The translations under genes were made by a program, and so were the position numbers. A stretch of 64,000 nucleotides of DNA from Spirochaetia bacterium (GTDB lineage Bacteria > Spirochaetota > Spirochaetia > SZUA-6 > Bin103): contig CBDBDQ010000005.1 of NCBI GenBank assembly GCA_965203905.1, forward strand, positions 4,832,001 to 4,896,000, given 5' to 3'. How positions within the stretch are numbered: the stretch's first letter is position 1; each line of letters starts with the position of its first letter. Shown piece after piece: positions 37,292 to 47,228 of the stretch. The notes under the pieces are model-generated. The model searched no databases. It was not told the origin of the DNA and saw only the letters and a program-made list of their open reading frames with translations.

Positions 37292-38164
37292 TCAGAGCCA
37301 GTCGGTCCAGGAGTGGCGTGCCTGGTAGCCGACGGCGGCCCGCGCCTTGGAGCAGCTCACGAACGCCTGCCGGCCGCTGAGGTCGACCGGGATCGTGCCG
37401 AGCAGCTCCGGGCGCAGGCGCTCCACCAGCTCACGTGACTCCTCCGGGGCGCGGTGGTCGGCGGCGCCGGCGTAGTAGCACGCGGCCGGCGGCAGCCGCT
37501 CCAGGGCGTCGAACAGGAGCCGGTGGGCACGGGCCACGTCGCGGATGTCCACGTAGTGCCACAGCGCGGACTCCCACTCGGTGGTCGGCGCGATGTTCGC
37601 CGCGTGCTCCTGCAACTGCTCCGGGGTCCAGATCCAGGCCGGCCGGCATGCGACCGAGTGGATGCCGTGCGCGCGCCAGAACCACTCCAGCATCATCTCC
37701 CCCGCCATCTTCGAGAAGATGTAGGACTCGGTGATGCAACCGGGGTGGTCGTCATCGATCGGCAGGTACCGATAGGTGGTGGTGCCGCCCTTCATGGTGA
37801 CCACCGAGCTGGTCTGGACCAGCTTCCGGACACCCGCCTCCGCAGCCGCCGTCAGCAGGTAGTAGAGGCCGAGCACGTTGACCCGCATCGTGGTGTCGAA
37901 CGGCGGTCCGCCGCCGTCGCGTCCGGCCTTGTCGGTGGCATACGGAATGGCTCCGAGCGCGACGATCGCCTCCGGCTCACTGGCGGCGATCACCCGGCGA
38001 CAGTCGGCAAAGTCGGTCAGGTCGGCGCTCACGAAGGGCAGGTGAGCGCGGTCATCCGGCGGCGGCCTGACGTCGGTCAGCACCACCTGGTGATCGGAGA
38101 ACTCCCGCGCCACGTAGCCCGCGAGCCGGCCGCTGCCTCCGGTGATCAGCACGTTCATGGTCAT
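37292..38164 (-). CDS. NAD-dependent epimerase/dehydratase (extended SDR)
   Basis: ITGGSGRLA, TSS, YIFSK, VDIRDVARAH. Confidence 0.9.
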   Translation of the reverse strand: MTMNVLITGGSGRLAGYVAREFSDHQVVLTDVRPPPDDRAHLPFVSADLTDFADCRRVIAASEPEAIVALGAIPYATDKAGRDGGGPPFDTTMRVNVLGLYYLLTAAAEAGVRKLVQTSSVVTMKGGTTTYRYLPIDDDHPGCITESYIFSKMAGEMMLEWFWRAHGIHSVACRPAWIWTPEQLQEHAANIAPTTEWESALWHYVDIRDVARAHRLLFDALERLPPAACYYAGAADHRAPEESRELVERLRPELLGTIPVDLSGRQAFVSCSKARAAVGYQARHSWTDWL

Positions 38165-38185
38165 CCCCCGCCCTGCGTCGGTTGC

Positions 38186-38222
38186 TTGACGCATGTTGTA
38201 ACCCAGCCGTAGGATTCGCGCC
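38186..38222 (+). promoter_or_regulatory. Sigma70-type promoter giving a leaderless transcript
   Basis: TTGACG(38186)-18-TAGGAT(38210)-7 nt-ATG; no SD. Confidence 0.6.
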
Positions 38223-39200
38223 ATGGCCAACCGGGTCGAGGCCGCCGCCATCACGGTGGCGCCTCTGCGCCAGCGATTCATCAAGGTACTGATCAAGAAG
38301 CGCTACCTGTACCTGATGATGGTGCCGGTGCTGGCCTGGTACCTCGTGTTCCAGTACGCGCCGATGTACGGCATCGTGCTGGCGTTCCAGGACTACAAGT
38401 TCTCGCGCGGCTTCGCCAGCCCGTTCGTCGGCTTCGACAACTTCATCCGCCTGTTCACCGACAGGAACTTTCAGCTCGCGTTCCGCAACACGGTGGTGAT
38501 CAACGTGCTGCGCTTCATCTTCGGCGTGCCGGCGCCGGTGCTGTTCGCGCTGCTGCTCAACGAGGTGTTCCACTCCGGCTACAAGCGGGTAGTGCAGACC
38601 GTGACCTACCTGCCGCACTTCGTCTCCTGGGTGGCGCTGGCCGGCATCATCAACACGCTGCTGGTCAGGGACACCGGCGCGGTCAACGTGCTGCTGCAGG
38701 CGCTCGGCTTCGAGCAGGTGGGCTTCCTGATCGACAACCGTTATTTCCGCTGGGTCCTGATCTCCACCGAGCTGTGGAAGGAGACCGGCTGGACCTCGAT
38801 CATCTACCTGGCGGCGATCGCCGGCATCGACCCGGCGCTGTACGAGTGCGCGCAGGTGGAAGGCGCCAAGCGGCGCCAGATGGCGTGGTACATCACCCTG
38901 CCGAGCATCTCCAATACGGTGGCGATCATGGCGATCATCTTCCTCGGCCACATCCTGGCGATCGGCTTCGACCAGATCTTCAACCTGTACAACCCCGTGG
39001 TCTATGAAACCGCGGACATCCTGGACACCTACATCGTCAGGAATCTGCAGCAGAACCCGAAGTTCGGGCTCCTGTCGGCGGCCAGCATCGTCAAGTCGGT
39101 GGTGGGATTGGGCTTGCTGATCGCGGCCAACAACGCCTGCAAGCTGTTCAACATGGAAGGCATCTACGGGTCGCAGAGCAACGTGGGGGCGATGCGCTGA
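38223..39200 (+). CDS. Carbohydrate ABC permease (LplB-like)
   Basis: YLPHFVSW, LYECAQVEGA. Confidence 0.93.
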   Translation: MANRVEAAAITVAPLRQRFIKVLIKKRYLYLMMVPVLAWYLVFQYAPMYGIVLAFQDYKFSRGFASPFVGFDNFIRLFTDRNFQLAFRNTVVINVLRFIFGVPAPVLFALLLNEVFHSGYKRVVQTVTYLPHFVSWVALAGIINTLLVRDTGAVNVLLQALGFEQVGFLIDNRYFRWVLISTELWKETGWTSIIYLAAIAGIDPALYECAQVEGAKRRQMAWYITLPSISNTVAIMAIIFLGHILAIGFDQIFNLYNPVVYETADILDTYIVRNLQQNPKFGLLSAASIVKSVVGLGLLIAANNACKLFNMEGIYGSQSNVGAMR

Positions 39201-39202
39201 TC

Positions 39203-40054
39203 ATGTCCCGGCAGCGCATGCGGTCGTTCGACTATATCAACTACTTCCTGCTGCTGGTGGCCACGTTGGTCACCCTGTATCCGTTCTGGTACATAATGGT
39301 GGTCGCCACCGCCACGGAGCGCGGCTTCTTCGCCGACTACTACCACATCATCCCCAAGAGCTTCACCCTGGCCAGCTTCCAGACCGCGCTGTCGCGCCCG
39401 CTGGTGTACGTCGCCTTCTTCGTCAGCGTGCTGGTGACCACCGCCGGCACCGCGCTGAGCCTGCTTCTCACCTCGATGGGCGCCTACGTGCTGTCCAAGA
39501 ACGACCTTCCCGGCAGGAACTTCTTCTTCCGGCTGATCATCTTCACCATGTTCTTTTCCGGCGGTCTGATTCCGCTGTACATCCTGCTTACCAACCTGGG
39601 CATGCGCAACTCGCTGCTGGTGCTGTTCGTGCCCAACGCCATCAACACCTTCAACCTGATCCTGATGAAGAACTACTTCGCCACCTCGGTGCCGCAGAGC
39701 CTGGAGGACTCGGCCAAGATCGACGGCTACAACGAGATCCAGATCCTGTTCCTGATCGTGCTGCCGACCTCGATGCCGATCGTGGCGACCATCGGCCTGT
39801 TCTACTCGGTGTACTTCTGGAACGACTGGTTCTTCCCGATGCTGTTCATCTCCGACGCCAAGCTCTATCCATTGTCGATGGTGATGCGCAACCTGGTCGT
39901 CAGCGCAACCTCGGTGTTCGTGCCGATCGACGTGGTTCCGGAGATGTTGAAGGCCGCGGTGATCGCGATCAGCATCATCCCGATCGTGATGGTCTATCCG
40001 TTCATCCAGAAGCACTTCGTCAAGGGCATCCTGCTCGGGGCGGTCAAGGAGTGA
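39203..40054 (+). CDS. Carbohydrate ABC permease (LplC-like)
   Basis: LEDSAKIDG, WNDWF, PFIQKHFVKG. Confidence 0.93.
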   Translation: MSRQRMRSFDYINYFLLLVATLVTLYPFWYIMVVATATERGFFADYYHIIPKSFTLASFQTALSRPLVYVAFFVSVLVTTAGTALSLLLTSMGAYVLSKNDLPGRNFFFRLIIFTMFFSGGLIPLYILLTNLGMRNSLLVLFVPNAINTFNLILMKNYFATSVPQSLEDSAKIDGYNEIQILFLIVLPTSMPIVATIGLFYSVYFWNDWFFPMLFISDAKLYPLSMVMRNLVVSATSVFVPIDVVPEMLKAAVIAISIIPIVMVYPFIQKHFVKGILLGAVKE

Positions 40055-40107
40055 GCCAAATTCGCGCAGCGTCCGCTGCAGATTCCACCATTTCAAGGAG
40101 GTGTCGA

Positions 40108-41724
40108 ATGACATCCAAGATCCCATTCAGGGCAGGCAGCCGCACGCGTTTCTGCATCGCGGCGGGGGCCTGCATCGCAATGCTGCTGACCATGAGCGCC
40201 ACGGTATGGGCCACGGGCGAGACCGAGGCCGCGGCCGTGGAGGTCGTGCCGATCAAGGTGTTCGTGCCCGGGCCGTTGCGCATGGACCCGGAGACCGACC
40301 TCAGCATCAATGAGATGGAGCGCCGCCTGAACATCGATCTGCAGATCGTGGGCGGCCCCTGGGACCAGGTGTGGTCGAAGCTCAACCTGATGGTGGCCTC
40401 GGGAGACCCGCTGGACATCATGCACGTCAACAACGGAGGCACGAACCCCTGGCAGCAGTGGGCGCAGGAGGGGCTGATCGCCAACCTGGACGAGTACGTC
40501 ACGCCGGAGAAATATCCCTTCATCCACAAGGTGATGACCGCCGACATGTTCAAGCCGCTGACCATCGACGGCGCCCACTACTACGTGCCCGGCACCCATC
40601 ATGGCTACGACTGGCAGTTCCACGTCCGCCAGGACTGGCTGGACAACCTTGGCCTGTCGATGCCGAGCACGCCGGACGAGTTGTACGAGGTGCTCAAGGC
40701 GTTCAGCGAGGACGATCCGGACGGCAACGGCAAGGACGATACCACCGGCTTCGTCACCAGCGCCTCCACCGGCGTGGGGACGCCGATTTTCATGGCCTAC
40801 AACGCCAGTGCCAGCATCAAGGACATGGAGGTGCAGGCGGATGGCACGGTGATCTCGCTGGCCGCCCACCAGGGCACCCTGGAGGCGCTCAAGTTCGGCA
40901 ACCGGCTGTACCGCGAAGGCGCCCTGAACACCGACTTCATCAACCACCCCAACAACGAGGAAGCCTCCAACGCGTGGATCTACTCCAATCGCGGCGGCGC
41001 CTTCTTTGCCCCGGTCGCGTACGTCACTCCCAACCGGGTGGAGCGCATCGGGGTGCCGGAGGCGGCGTTCGACTCGCCCGATCCGCCCGTCGTGGCGCCC
41101 GGCTACAAGCTGAACGGGGCCGGCGTGTCGTGGTGGCTGCTGCTCGGCGTCTCCGCTGACTCCAAGTACATCGACAAGTCGCTGGAGGTGATCGAGTTCG
41201 CCAACAGCCGCGAGGGCCGCCAACTGTTCGTGGCCGGCATCGAGGGCCGCCACTGGAGCAACATGGTGGACGGGATCTACGACCTCGATTTCGAGCAATG
41301 GTCCAAGGACTACGATGTCGAGTTGGTGAACAAGTCGTGGCCACGCTGGTGGGGTTTCTTCAGCACCGTTCACGGCTACATTCCGATCAACGACTATCCC
41401 ACCTTCGAGGAGGCGATGGCCAACGTGGAGGTGTGGGCCAACCGCGAGGACTTCGAAGCCGGCGGCAGCGCCGTGCAGCGGATCAACGAGGCCAAGCCGC
41501 TGGTGCGGCCCAACCCGATGGACCTGGTCACCCTGTCCGAGGTCGAGGATATCCGCGTGAACCTGGACGAGAACATTCGCGCGCCGCTGTTCGCGAAGAT
41601 GCTGATCGCCGACTCCGAGGCGGAGGTCGAGGCGCTGTGGGCGGAATACCTGCAGGGCTTGAAGGACAACCGTTTCGACGAGTTCGTCCAGGCCTACCAG
41701 GACTACGCCGACGCCAACCTGTAG
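40108..41724 (+). CDS. Carbohydrate ABC substrate-binding protein
   Basis: SD AAGGAGG, signal ..VWATGETE, RQDWLDNLGL.MP.TPDEL..DDPDGNGKDDT. Confidence 0.92.
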   Translation: MTSKIPFRAGSRTRFCIAAGACIAMLLTMSATVWATGETEAAAVEVVPIKVFVPGPLRMDPETDLSINEMERRLNIDLQIVGGPWDQVWSKLNLMVASGDPLDIMHVNNGGTNPWQQWAQEGLIANLDEYVTPEKYPFIHKVMTADMFKPLTIDGAHYYVPGTHHGYDWQFHVRQDWLDNLGLSMPSTPDELYEVLKAFSEDDPDGNGKDDTTGFVTSASTGVGTPIFMAYNASASIKDMEVQADGTVISLAAHQGTLEALKFGNRLYREGALNTDFINHPNNEEASNAWIYSNRGGAFFAPVAYVTPNRVERIGVPEAAFDSPDPPVVAPGYKLNGAGVSWWLLLGVSADSKYIDKSLEVIEFANSREGRQLFVAGIEGRHWSNMVDGIYDLDFEQWSKDYDVELVNKSWPRWWGFFSTVHGYIPINDYPTFEEAMANVEVWANREDFEAGGSAVQRINEAKPLVRPNPMDLVTLSEVEDIRVNLDENIRAPLFAKMLIADSEAEVEALWAEYLQGLKDNRFDEFVQAYQDYADANL

Positions 41725-41770
41725 CCACCTGTAGCCACAACGGTAATTCTTTATATCGTCTGCCGTTGAG

Positions 41771-41800
41771 AGAGAGCCCGCCACCCGGCGGGCTCTCTTC
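41771..41800 (+). terminator. Hairpin, probable terminator
   Basis: AGAGAGCCCGCC-accc-GGCGGGCTCTCT perfect 12-bp stem. Confidence 0.7.
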
Positions 41801-42000
41801 GTGTCCGGTGTACCGTCCTGGCCGATCGACTCGTACGAGTTCTGGCGCATTGGGTCGTCATCAGGTCCACGACGAGAGCACCTCACCGGCGCGCCACCAC
41901 ACCTTCCGACGCTTCGCGCGGCCCTATTCACCCACCGGTTTCGTTTGACAATTGATATTGACATGGGGCAGGTTGGCTCGGTCGAGACCATGGAGACCCC

Positions 42001-43650
42001 ATGCCGAGCGATGCGCGACCGAACGTGATCTTCTTCATGGTCGACCAGTTGTCGGCCCGCTGGCTGGAGGCAGCACTGACTGGCGTATGCGAACTGCCCA
42101 ACCTGCAACGGCTGCAGCGGATGGGGGTGACGTTCTCGAACGCCTTTGCCAACAACCCCGTGTGCTGTCCGGCGCGGGCGAGCATCGCCACCGGGCTCAC
42201 CAGCCGCGGCCACGGGCTCATGTCCAACGGGTACCGGCTCAATCCCGATGTCCCCACCTTCATGCGGACCCTGCAAACGGCAGGCTGGCGTACCGGCGCC
42301 TTCGGCAAGGTGCACTTCTACCCGTTCGACTCAGAGAAGTATCCCTACCCGGACTACCGCGAGTACGGCTGGGACGTGACCCACATCACCGAGGACAACC
42401 GCACCGGCGAATGGCTGGACTGGATCGAGCGCGAGCATGCCGAACATTACGAGGCAGTGCTGGCGACCCCGGCCAACTGGGCGCCACAGCTTCCGTATTA
42501 TGCGGCGTACGGGGAACGCAAGATCAATCTGAGCGAGAGGGTGCGCCAGGCCAAAGCAAAGATGTCGTGGCCGGATCAGGCCGATGGCGGGCTCGACAGC
42601 AGGACCGAGGGCTTCTATCCACTGCCGTTTCCCGAAGAGATCTCTCAGACCAACTGGATTACGGACCGCGCCCTCGACTTCATCGACGACACTCCGGCAG
42701 GGCAGCCACTATACGCACACATCAGCTACGTACAACCGCACTCGCCGTTCCACCCTCCGGCCAGGTGTGTGGCGCAGGTCAATGCAGAATTGATTCCCGA
42801 CCCGGCCGGTTACCACACCGAGCGCTGGCCGACGCCCGAACAGGTGCCGCAGTGGCGCTACATGCGGGAACTGTATTTCGCCGATCTGATTCATATCGAT
42901 GAGCAGCTCGGGCGTATCCTTGCGCGGCTCGAGCAGGCCGGCGTCCTGGCAAACACGTTTCTCTTCTTCACCTCCGACCATGGTGAAATGCTGATGGATC
43001 ACGGGCTGATGGGAAAATCGTCCTACCACTACGATGCGTGTATCCGCGTGCCGCTCATCATTGCCGGACCAGGGCTCGGTCGCCGCGGTCGAGCGGCAAG
43101 CCCCAGCGCGACCGATTTACCGGTGTCCCGCGACACGAGCGACAGCGTGCAGCCAGCCCAGGGACTAGTCTGTGACCTGCCCGTGCAGCACGAAGACCTC
43201 TGTCCGACCGTGTTGGATGTGGCCGATGGTCTCCGCGCCTGCCATCCACGACCAACGGTCCGACCGTGGTTGCAGGAAGAGCCGCAACTCTTTGCCGGAC
43301 GTTCGCTCATGCCCCTATGCCGGGGTGAGCAGCCAGCCGAATGGCGGACATCGGCGTTCGCCGAATCCTCAGGCGCGCTGTGTGAGTCGCCGTTCTGTAC
43401 CCAGCTACGGGAGTTTCCCTGGGTGAGGACGCTGCGCACCAGCGAGTTCCGCTATACCGTCGCGCCTGGACGCGATGAAGGAGAACAGCTTTTCGATCTG
43501 AGCAAAGATCCGGAGGAGCTGGTCAACGTCGTCCTCGATCCTGCCTATCAGAAGGCGCGCGCAGGGCTGATGAAGGAGCTGATGCACCGCGTCATGTTGC
43601 AGGACTATCCGCTACCGCCGCGCGACCTCGTGGTCGTCGGAGCGCACTGA
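42001..43650 (+). CDS. Cys-type sulfatase
   Basis: PNVIFFMVDQ, CCPARASIATG, GKVH, TSDHGEML. Confidence 0.93.
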   Translation: MPSDARPNVIFFMVDQLSARWLEAALTGVCELPNLQRLQRMGVTFSNAFANNPVCCPARASIATGLTSRGHGLMSNGYRLNPDVPTFMRTLQTAGWRTGAFGKVHFYPFDSEKYPYPDYREYGWDVTHITEDNRTGEWLDWIEREHAEHYEAVLATPANWAPQLPYYAAYGERKINLSERVRQAKAKMSWPDQADGGLDSRTEGFYPLPFPEEISQTNWITDRALDFIDDTPAGQPLYAHISYVQPHSPFHPPARCVAQVNAELIPDPAGYHTERWPTPEQVPQWRYMRELYFADLIHIDEQLGRILARLEQAGVLANTFLFFTSDHGEMLMDHGLMGKSSYHYDACIRVPLIIAGPGLGRRGRAASPSATDLPVSRDTSDSVQPAQGLVCDLPVQHEDLCPTVLDVADGLRACHPRPTVRPWLQEEPQLFAGRSLMPLCRGEQPAEWRTSAFAESSGALCESPFCTQLREFPWVRTLRTSEFRYTVAPGRDEGEQLFDLSKDPEELVNVVLDPAYQKARAGLMKELMHRVMLQDYPLPPRDLVVVGAH

Positions 43651-43661
43651 TTCGTTCAGTC

Positions 43662-45302
43662 ATGGACACTTCACGAAACAGACCCAACGTCGTTCTCTTC
43701 ATGGTCGACCAGCTTGCGGCAAAGTGGCTGGAGGCGGCCCACGACAAGACCATCTGCGCGCTGCCGAACCTGAGCTGGCTCCGTGACAACGGCACCACCT
43801 TCACCCGGGCGTTCACGAGCAACCCGGTGTGCTCACCGGCCCGGGCAACGATTGCTACCGGGCTCTGTTCGCGAGCACATGGTCTGCTCATGAATGGCTA
43901 CGCGCTCAATCCCGCGGTGCCGACCTTCATGCAGGCGCTGCAGACAGCAGGGTGGCGGACCGGCGCGTTCGGCAAGCTGCATCTGAGGCCGCACTTCGAG
44001 AGCTTCGCCCACGACTACCGCCCCTACGGCTTCGATGTCGTACACGGCACCGAAGACGATCGCAGCGGCGAGTGGCTCGACTGGGTGCAGCGCGAGCATC
44101 CGGAACAGTACGGGGCAGCCCTCTCGACGGCATGGCCCGATGTGCCGGGTTTCGCCCGATACGGTCCCGATGGCGTCGATCTGAGACCGGACATCCATGC
44201 CGCCAAGGAGCGTTTTCCCCCCGCCACCGGCCGCTGGCCCGAGAGCTCTACCTGGGCACATCCACTGCCTTTTCCCGAGGAGTTGTCACAGTCTTCCTGG
44301 ATCACCACCAGGGCGCTGGATTTCATCCGCGATACTGGTCCTGATCAACCCCTCTTTGCTCATGTCAGCTACGTGGCGCCCCACCCGCCATTCTGTCCGC
44401 CGGCGGAATTCATGGATCGTGTCGAACGTGAGAGCATCCCCGCTCCGGTCGTGGCTGAATGGCTGCACGATCCGGAGTCCCCCAAGTACTTCCGGAAGAT
44501 GGCGCGAGTGTTGAACAACCAGAGCGAGAATACGCCGGTCTGGATGAGCGGTCTGTCGATCACTCGCGATCCGGATGGCGGGCCGGCCAGGCAGAGACTG
44601 AGTCTCGGGCATGAACGGCATTGCTACTTTGCCGACATCGCTCATCTCGATGAGCAGCTCGGCCGAATCCGCAGGGCCTTGGAGCACGCCGGGCGTCTGG
44701 ACGACACCTACCTCGTCTTCACCTCTGACCACGGCGAGTTGCTCGGTGACCATGGCTTCTGGCAGAAGCAGGAACGGCACTACGACGGGGGCATCCGGGT
44801 GCCGCTGATCATCGCCGGGCCTGGTCTGCAGAAGAACCTCACGTGCGAAGAAATCGTGCAACTGGAAGATCTCTGCCCTACCATTCTCGAACTGACCGAA
44901 GTGCCGATTGCCCGGTTGCGCTTCCGCAATCGACAGACCAACACGGACGACACCTGTGCATCCACTTCAGGACGGTCATTGGTCGAGCTGTGCCGCGGAA
45001 ACTTGCCCGACCACTGGCGGGAAGAGGCGTATGTGGAGTCCTACCCCTACTTCGGCCCGGAGACGCGGGGCTCCTGGGCGCGTACGGTGCGCACAGCCAG
45101 ATGGCGCTACACGCTCTACCCCGAAGGCAACGGCGAGCAGCTATTTGACCTGGAAGCCGATCCCGATGAGCAGATGAATCTCGCCAACGATCCGGCGCAT
45201 GCCGCTCTGCGCGGCGAACTGAAAGACCGACTGATGGAACAGATCATCCGCCAGGACATCCCGGTCCCTCCGCGTGACCTGTTCATGTTCGGCATTCACT
45301 GA
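43662..45302 (+). CDS. Cys-type sulfatase (tandem paralog)
   Basis: PNVVLFMVDQ, CSPARATIATG, GKLH, TSDHGELL. Confidence 0.93.
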   Translation: MDTSRNRPNVVLFMVDQLAAKWLEAAHDKTICALPNLSWLRDNGTTFTRAFTSNPVCSPARATIATGLCSRAHGLLMNGYALNPAVPTFMQALQTAGWRTGAFGKLHLRPHFESFAHDYRPYGFDVVHGTEDDRSGEWLDWVQREHPEQYGAALSTAWPDVPGFARYGPDGVDLRPDIHAAKERFPPATGRWPESSTWAHPLPFPEELSQSSWITTRALDFIRDTGPDQPLFAHVSYVAPHPPFCPPAEFMDRVERESIPAPVVAEWLHDPESPKYFRKMARVLNNQSENTPVWMSGLSITRDPDGGPARQRLSLGHERHCYFADIAHLDEQLGRIRRALEHAGRLDDTYLVFTSDHGELLGDHGFWQKQERHYDGGIRVPLIIAGPGLQKNLTCEEIVQLEDLCPTILELTEVPIARLRFRNRQTNTDDTCASTSGRSLVELCRGNLPDHWREEAYVESYPYFGPETRGSWARTVRTARWRYTLYPEGNGEQLFDLEADPDEQMNLANDPAHAALRGELKDRLMEQIIRQDIPVPPRDLFMFGIH

Positions 45303-45319
45303 CGCCGCGACCGCCGCTC

Positions 45320-46210
45320 CTATCCCTTTATCGAGCCGATCATGACGCCTTTCACGAAATATCTCTGGATGAACGGATACGCCATCAAGACCGGAGCGCT
45401 GGCGATGAAGATCAGCGCGTACTTCATCGACTCGGCCATCCACAGTTTCTTTGCCATTGCTTCCAGCTCTCCGACATCCGCCAGGTCGATATTGATCTCC
45501 TGATTCAGCAGCAGGATGTTGCGCAGCACGAGCTGCAACGGAAACAGCGCCCGATCGCTCAAATAGATGAGCGCACCAAAGAACGCGTTCCAATGTTCCA
45601 CTGCGTAGTACAGCCCAATCACGGCAATGATTGGCGCCGACAGCGGCAGCGCAATCTTGATGAAGGCGTAGATGTCGGAGCTGCCGTCAATCCTGGCCGA
45701 CTCGAACAAATCCTCGGGAATCACGTTGCTACTGTAGTAGGTGCGGACGATGATCATGTTGAAGACGCTCATCGCACCCGGCAGTACCATCGCCCATCGC
45801 GTGTCGATCATGCCGAGGTCCCGTATCAGGATGTACCTGGGTATCAGGCCTCCATCGAAATACATGGTAAAGACGAACACGCCCATCAGCAGATTCCGGC
45901 CGATCATCCTCTTTCTCGCCAAAGCAAAGGCGCAGCTTATGGTCACGAACAGATTGATGGCCGTTCCGAGACCCGTGTAGATGACGGAGTTGGCATACCC
46001 TATCCAGACCTCGTCGGCGGCGAACACGGCGCTGTAGGCGTCGACGTTGAGCCCTTTCGGAAATATCCAAACGGCGCCGATAGCCACCAGTTTCGCGTCA
46101 CTTATCGAGGCTGCGATCGTGAACCAGAGCGGATACAGAAATAGCGCGGAGATCGCCGTCAACAGCAATATGTTGAGGGCGTCGAAGGTGTCGACTCTGC
46201 GCGTCGGCAT
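45320..46210 (-). CDS. Carbohydrate ABC permease (LplC-like)
   Basis: DLFESARIDGS, HWNAFF, PFIQRYFVKG. Confidence 0.93.
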   Translation of the reverse strand: MPTRRVDTFDALNILLLTAISALFLYPLWFTIAASISDAKLVAIGAVWIFPKGLNVDAYSAVFAADEVWIGYANSVIYTGLGTAINLFVTISCAFALARKRMIGRNLLMGVFVFTMYFDGGLIPRYILIRDLGMIDTRWAMVLPGAMSVFNMIIVRTYYSSNVIPEDLFESARIDGSSDIYAFIKIALPLSAPIIAVIGLYYAVEHWNAFFGALIYLSDRALFPLQLVLRNILLLNQEINIDLADVGELEAMAKKLWMAESMKYALIFIASAPVLMAYPFIQRYFVKGVMIGSIKG

Positions 46211-46228
46211 GCGTAGACTTCTCGCGCC

Positions 46229-47176
46229 CTACCAAAGACTCGTTTCGCCAGTGCGGCGAGCAAGCTGGTTTACTGAGATCAGTAGCATGAAATTGATGAT
46301 CGAGTTGAAGACTCCGATCGCCGCGGTAAAGCTGAACTGTCCTCCCAGCAGACCTATCCGATAGATGTAGGTGGCTATGACGTCTGACGACTCCATGTTG
46401 AGTGGATTCTGCAGCAGCAGGATCTTCTCGAAGCCGACGGTCAAGAGTTGTCCGACACGCAATATCAGCAAGATGACGATGGTCGGCGTGATGCCCGGTA
46501 TGTCTATGTGCCAGATCTTTTGTAGTCGGCTGGCGCCGTCGATCTCGGCGGCCTCCACCAACGCAGGATCGATTCCCGCTAGAGCAGCCAGATAGATAAC
46601 GGTGCCCCAGCCCGTGTGCTGCCAGATATTCGACATGACGAAGACCGTCTTGAACCACTCGGGCTCGGCCAGGTAATCGATGCGCGGGCCGCCGAGGGCC
46701 GCGACGAGGTTGTTGAAGATCCCATGGTCATGGTTGAGGTACAGGGTGATCATCCCGGCCACGACGACGGTCGAGATGAAGTGCGGGGCGTACGAAATCA
46801 TCTGCACGGTCTTCTGGAACGACCTGATGCGCACCTCGTTGATCATGATGGCCAGTGCGATGGGCAAGGGAAACCCGACGAGCAGCGCATACAGGCTGAT
46901 GCCGAGCGTATTGCGGATCAACAGCCAGAAGTTGGGAAACGCCAGGAAGCGCTCGAAGTGCTTGAATCCGACCCACGGGCTGCCGATGATTCCCAGGCTG
47001 CTGCGGAAGTCCTTGAATGCGATCTGGACTCCGTACATGGGGCCGTAATGGAACAGAATGATGTAGACGATCGCGGGTAGCGCCAGCAGATAGAGCTGAT
47101 AGGCGCCGAGAATCTGTTTGATCCTGGTGCGGGCAGGGCTCGACGTGAGTGCCGACGGCACAGTCGTGTCTTTCAC
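46229..47176 (-). CDS. Carbohydrate ABC permease (LplB-like)
   Basis: YAPHFIS, LVEAAEIDGASRLQKI. Confidence 0.93.
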   Translation of the reverse strand: MKDTTVPSALTSSPARTRIKQILGAYQLYLLALPAIVYIILFHYGPMYGVQIAFKDFRSSLGIIGSPWVGFKHFERFLAFPNFWLLIRNTLGISLYALLVGFPLPIALAIMINEVRIRSFQKTVQMISYAPHFISTVVVAGMITLYLNHDHGIFNNLVAALGGPRIDYLAEPEWFKTVFVMSNIWQHTGWGTVIYLAALAGIDPALVEAAEIDGASRLQKIWHIDIPGITPTIVILLILRVGQLLTVGFEKILLLQNPLNMESSDVIATYIYRIGLLGGQFSFTAAIGVFNSIINFMLLISVNQLARRTGETSLW

Positions 47177-47188
47177 TTCGTTTCTCTA

Positions 47189-47217
47189 GACAGGCGGCAA
47201 CAGCGTTGCCGCCTGTC
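47189..47217 (-). terminator. Intergenic hairpin between the binding-protein and permease genes
   Basis: GACAGGCGGCAAC-agc-GTTGCCGCCTGTC perfect 13-bp stem. Confidence 0.7.
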
Positions 47218-47228
47218 CGTACGCGCCC

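Noticed and set aside
41717-41736. 10-bp tandem duplication ACCTGTAGCC at a stop codon (also a 9-bp RDL triplication near 6775-6800)
   Set aside because: Consistent with simple slippage; no element or function evident.
40093-42315. Long antisense and alternative-frame ORFs (e.g. 740 aa here, 635 aa at 25138-27045)
   Set aside because: Shadow ORFs expected from high-GC codon bias opposite well-supported genes; no motifs.
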